The notes under the pieces: generated by a model | The model's input: only the letters and a program-made list of their open reading frames with translations | The model's database searches: none | Told to the model about the DNA's origin: nothing | Position numbers and translations under genes: made by a program | Source of the DNA: an uncultured Actinomycetota bacterium | Lineage (GTDB): Bacteria; Actinomycetota; Actinomycetes; JAFAQI01 | Length of the DNA: 64,000 bases | NCBI GenBank assembly: GCA_963770565.1 | Contig: CAVYQE010000002.1 | Span: forward strand, 384,001-448,000 | Direction: 5' to 3' | Shown: positions 61,093 to 64,000 of the stretch, piece by piece | How positions within the stretch are numbered: the stretch's first letter is position 1 | Layout of the letters: every line of letters starts with the position of its first letter

Positions 61093-62580
61093 CTAGCCGG
61101 CCTCCGCCAGGACCTCGTCGACGTACGGCGCGGCGGCGGCTCGCCAGGCCGGGACGAGGTCGAGCCGCAACCGGCGGTCAAGGACATCGTCCGCAGTGAC
61201 CGCGCCCTCGGCTTCCATCGCCCAGGCCACCTCGCACCGCAACGCGGGCACGTCCGCCGCAATCGGGTCGGCCGGGCCGGCCGCGGCCACCTGCGCGGCC
61301 TCGGCACCGAACCGGCGGGTCAACCGATCCGCACCGGTCGCGGCTCGCGGCATCGCGCCGACGAGCGGCAACGTGGTCGTCCGGCAACCCACCCCGTGGT
61401 CGAGCGTCGCCGCGACTCGGTCGACCGCGTCCTGCGCCATCCGTCGGTAGGTGGTCAACTTGCCACCGACGATCACCAGCACGCCGTCCCGGTCGAGCAA
61501 CGCGTGTCGGCGGGACAGGTCCGCGGAGGTCGAGTCGTCGCCGCCGCCGAGCAACGGGCGCAACCCGGCGTACCGGCCGATCACGTCGTCCGACGTGGCC
61601 GGGCGCCGCAGCCGGGTCGAGAGCATGTCGAGCAGGAACCGCTCGTCGGCATCGCTCACCGACGGCACGTCCTCGATCTCGTCGACCGAGTCGTCGGTGA
61701 GACCTACCAACACGGTGCCGTCCGGGCGGGGGGCGGCGAACACGAACCGGTTGAGGGTGCCGGGAAGCAGCAGGTTGATCGCGACCTTCTGGTGGTCGAC
61801 CGCCTCGGCCCGGATTACGAGGTGCGCGCCCTTGCTCGGCTTGAGCGGTACGTCGGCGACCAGGCCGCCCGACCAGACTCCGGCCGCGACGATGACCGAC
61901 CGCGCCCGGACCGCACCGATCTCGCCGGTCAACTCGTCGCGGATCTGCGCGCCATCGCGCGCCACGTCGAGCGCCGTGCAGTGCGTGACGATCCGCGCGC
62001 CCTGGGCCGCCGCGGTGCGAGCCAGCGCCACAACGAGCCGGGCGTCGTCCTCCAACGCGCCGTCAACGTGGATGTAGGAGCCGTGGCAAGGCCGGAGCGA
62101 GGGCGCGAGCGCTTTCGTCTCGTCGGCGTCGGCCCAATGCGTGCGGGGCAACCACTGCGGGGTCCTCGCCGCGGCCCGCAGGCCATCTGCGACGACGAAC
62201 AACATCCGCGATCCGGCCCGACCGCCCCGAGGGCCGCCGGGGAAGTAGGGCAGCAGGAACGGCATCGGCTGCACCAAGTGCGGCGCAATCTTCGTCACCA
62301 GGCGATTGCGCTCGACCGCGGACTCCCACGCGACCCCGACCTGGCCGGCCGCGATGTAACGAACCCCGCCGTGCGCGAGCTTGCTCGACCACCGACTCGT
62401 ACCCGCGGCAAGATCGTTGCGCTCCAGCAACGCCACCGACAGACCACGGCTGGCCGCGTCGAGCGCGACACCCGAGCCGGTGACGCCACCGCCGATCACA
62501 AGGACATCCACCACCTCGCCGGCCAGGAGTGCGGCCAGGTCGGCCCGGCGCCGGGCCGCAGTCAGCCGCGAGCCGGTCAC
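61093..62580 (-). CDS. glpD: Glycerol-3-phosphate dehydrogenase/oxidase
   Basis: GGGVTG, GTSRWSSKLAHGG.RY, DDARL, GLRPL, GGKLTTYR. Confidence 0.93.
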   Translation of the reverse strand: MTGSRLTAARRRADLAALLAGEVVDVLVIGGGVTGSGVALDAASRGLSVALLERNDLAAGTSRWSSKLAHGGVRYIAAGQVGVAWESAVERNRLVTKIAPHLVQPMPFLLPYFPGGPRGGRAGSRMLFVVADGLRAAARTPQWLPRTHWADADETKALAPSLRPCHGSYIHVDGALEDDARLVVALARTAAAQGARIVTHCTALDVARDGAQIRDELTGEIGAVRARSVIVAAGVWSGGLVADVPLKPSKGAHLVIRAEAVDHQKVAINLLLPGTLNRFVFAAPRPDGTVLVGLTDDSVDEIEDVPSVSDADERFLLDMLSTRLRRPATSDDVIGRYAGLRPLLGGGDDSTSADLSRRHALLDRDGVLVIVGGKLTTYRRMAQDAVDRVAATLDHGVGCRTTTLPLVGAMPRAATGADRLTRRFGAEAAQVAAAGPADPIAADVPALRCEVAWAMEAEGAVTADDVLDRRLRLDLVPAWRAAAAPYVDEVLAEAG

Positions 62581-63230
62581 GGCCGCAACCATCCGTCGAG
62601 ACCCCGCTCCAGCTCGGCGAGCGCACGGTCCGCACCGATCTCGTCGAACAGCCGCGCGGACACGATCCATGGCAGTGCGGCCATCAACACGCCAGTGGCC
62701 ATCGCCGCAGGAGCGCCGGCGCGGATCGATCCGTCCGCGTGCCCTTCGCTGATCGCACGGCGGACCCGCGCCAGCGCGAGCCGCTGGGTCGAGCCGAGCC
62801 GGATCGTCAGATATGGAAGCAGCAGCTCGGGGTCGACGTCGAGCACCCGGCGGAACAGTGGCTCGGCCGGGAGCCTCCGCGCGGTCTGCACGGTCAGCGC
62901 GACCAACCGCGCCCGCGCCGTGGCCCGGCCTGCGACGCTCGCCTCGATCTCGCTCAGCAACGCACCGAAATCGTGAGTCATGACGTTCAGCAGCAAGGTT
63001 TCGACATCGGGGACGAGGCGGTAGAGAGTCATCCGGCTGACCCCGGCCCGCCGGGCAACGTCGGTCAACGTCGTACGACGAACACCGACCGCGAGCACGG
63101 ACTCGCGGACCGCGGCCGCAATCTCGTCCGGCACTGGTCGACTCAGTGCCGGACGTTCAGCGCCGGTCCGTGGCAGGGCGGCAGGCGGCCCGGAGTCGGA
63201 GTGGGCCCGCTTGTGACGTTGAGACGCCAT
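62577..63230 (-). CDS. TetR/AcrR family regulator
   Basis: GVRRTTLTDVARRAGVSRMTLYR, DPELLLPYL. Confidence 0.9.
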   Translation of the reverse strand: MASQRHKRAHSDSGPPAALPRTGAERPALSRPVPDEIAAAVRESVLAVGVRRTTLTDVARRAGVSRMTLYRLVPDVETLLLNVMTHDFGALLSEIEASVAGRATARARLVALTVQTARRLPAEPLFRRVLDVDPELLLPYLTIRLGSTQRLALARVRRAISEGHADGSIRAGAPAAMATGVLMAALPWIVSARLFDEIGADRALAELERGLDGWLRP

Positions 63231-63248
63231 GTGTCACACTGTAGCGCG

Positions 63249-64000
63249 ATGGACAACGGCTCGTCATGGACCTCGTGGGGCGCCTCACAACCGGACCTGA
63301 CGCGATCCGGGCGCTCGCTGCTGAAGGCCGCCCTGGGGCCGCTATCCCCGCAGGAACCGCTGCCGATCGAACGCGCGGTCGTGCCGGCCTCCGCGCTGCC
63401 GGCTGCGGTCAAGGCGGAACTGGTCGAGGCGCTCGGCCCGGACGGTGTCGCCGATGACGATGCCGCTCGGGCGCGGCATGCCGGCGGTCAGGCCTATGCC
63501 GACCTCGTCCGGCGCCGCCGCGGCGACGCCTCCGACGCACCGGACGCCGTGCTGCTGCCGCCGCATACAGCGGCCATCGCCGACGTACTCCGGATCTGCT
63601 CCGCTCACCGGGTCGCGATCGTGCCGTGGGGCGGCGGCACCAGCGTCGTCGGCGGGCTGTCGGCACACCGCGGCGAGTTCGAGTCGGTCGTCGCACTCGA
63701 CCTGGCTCGCCTCGACCGGCTGATCAGCGTCGACACGGTGTCGCACACCGCAACCTTCGAGCCGGGTATCCGGACCCCCGACGCCGAAGCCGCGCTGGCC
63801 GAATACGGCTTGACCCTCGGCCATGTGCCGCAGAGCTTCGAACGCGCCTCTCTCGGCGGGTACGTCGTCACCCGCTCGGCCGGCCAGGCCTCGAGCGGCC
63901 GTGGCCGGATCGACGACATGCTCGTCGGTTGCCGGTTGCTCACCCCGCGGGGCGAGCTCGACCTGCCGGCGATGCCGGGCAGCGCCGCCGGGCCGGACCT
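63249..64000 (+). CDS. FAD-binding oxidoreductase (alkyl-DHAP synthase-like), runs off the window
   Basis: Open frame from ATG 63249 (absent from the ORF track): HAGGQAY.DL, APDAVLLP, VPWGGGTSVVGG, GHVPQSFERASLGG..TRSAGQASSG. Confidence 0.88.
   Translation, partial: MDNGSSWTSWGASQPDLTRSGRSLLKAALGPLSPQEPLPIERAVVPASALPAAVKAELVEALGPDGVADDDAARARHAGGQAYADLVRRRRGDASDAPDAVLLPPHTAAIADVLRICSAHRVAIVPWGGGTSVVGGLSAHRGEFESVVALDLARLDRLISVDTVSHTATFEPGIRTPDAEAALAEYGLTLGHVPQSFERASLGGYVVTRSAGQASSGRGRIDDMLVGCRLLTPRGELDLPAMPGSAAGPD

Overview
High-GC actinobacterial chromosome segment. The conserved backbone is pth-rplY-prs-glmU-tRNA-Gln, uup-ispE-rsmA-tatD-metG-rsmI-pmt, htrA-mprAB, tRNA-Ala-sepX-rimJ-moaB-moaC-moeA-galU-ygfA, fmdB-SAF-mscL, regX3-senX3-phoU-pstSCAB-pit-DUF47 and glpD-tetR-agpS. 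Accessory content falls into three blocks. (1) Surface-glycan genes (flippase, WecB/TagA, GT2, two sulfotransferases, up to two GH26-like hydrolases, a methyltransferase) are interleaved with housekeeping genes at 1-13.2 kb. (2) A mixed island sits beside tRNA-Ala at 28.8-35.9 kb. (3) A tightly coupled operon of ZAS anti-sigma, CtaG, SCO, lipoprotein and His-rich L,D-transpeptidase lies divergent from a SigC-like ECF sigma factor at 41.7-46.6 kb; this is the best candidate for an undescribed system (copper/oxidase assembly linked to cell-wall cross-linking). Regulatory motifs read from the sequence: CIRCE, three PHO-box sets, MprA-type boxes, a SigC-type promoter, an ArsR operator, a DnaA-box pair and two REP/MITE-like palindromes. 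The stretch at about 4.3-13.2 kb is dense with frameshifts in essential genes, most likely sequencing error, so coordinates there are approximate. No CRISPR array, rRNA, integrase or transposase was seen. All family calls come from motif recognition and synteny, not database searches.
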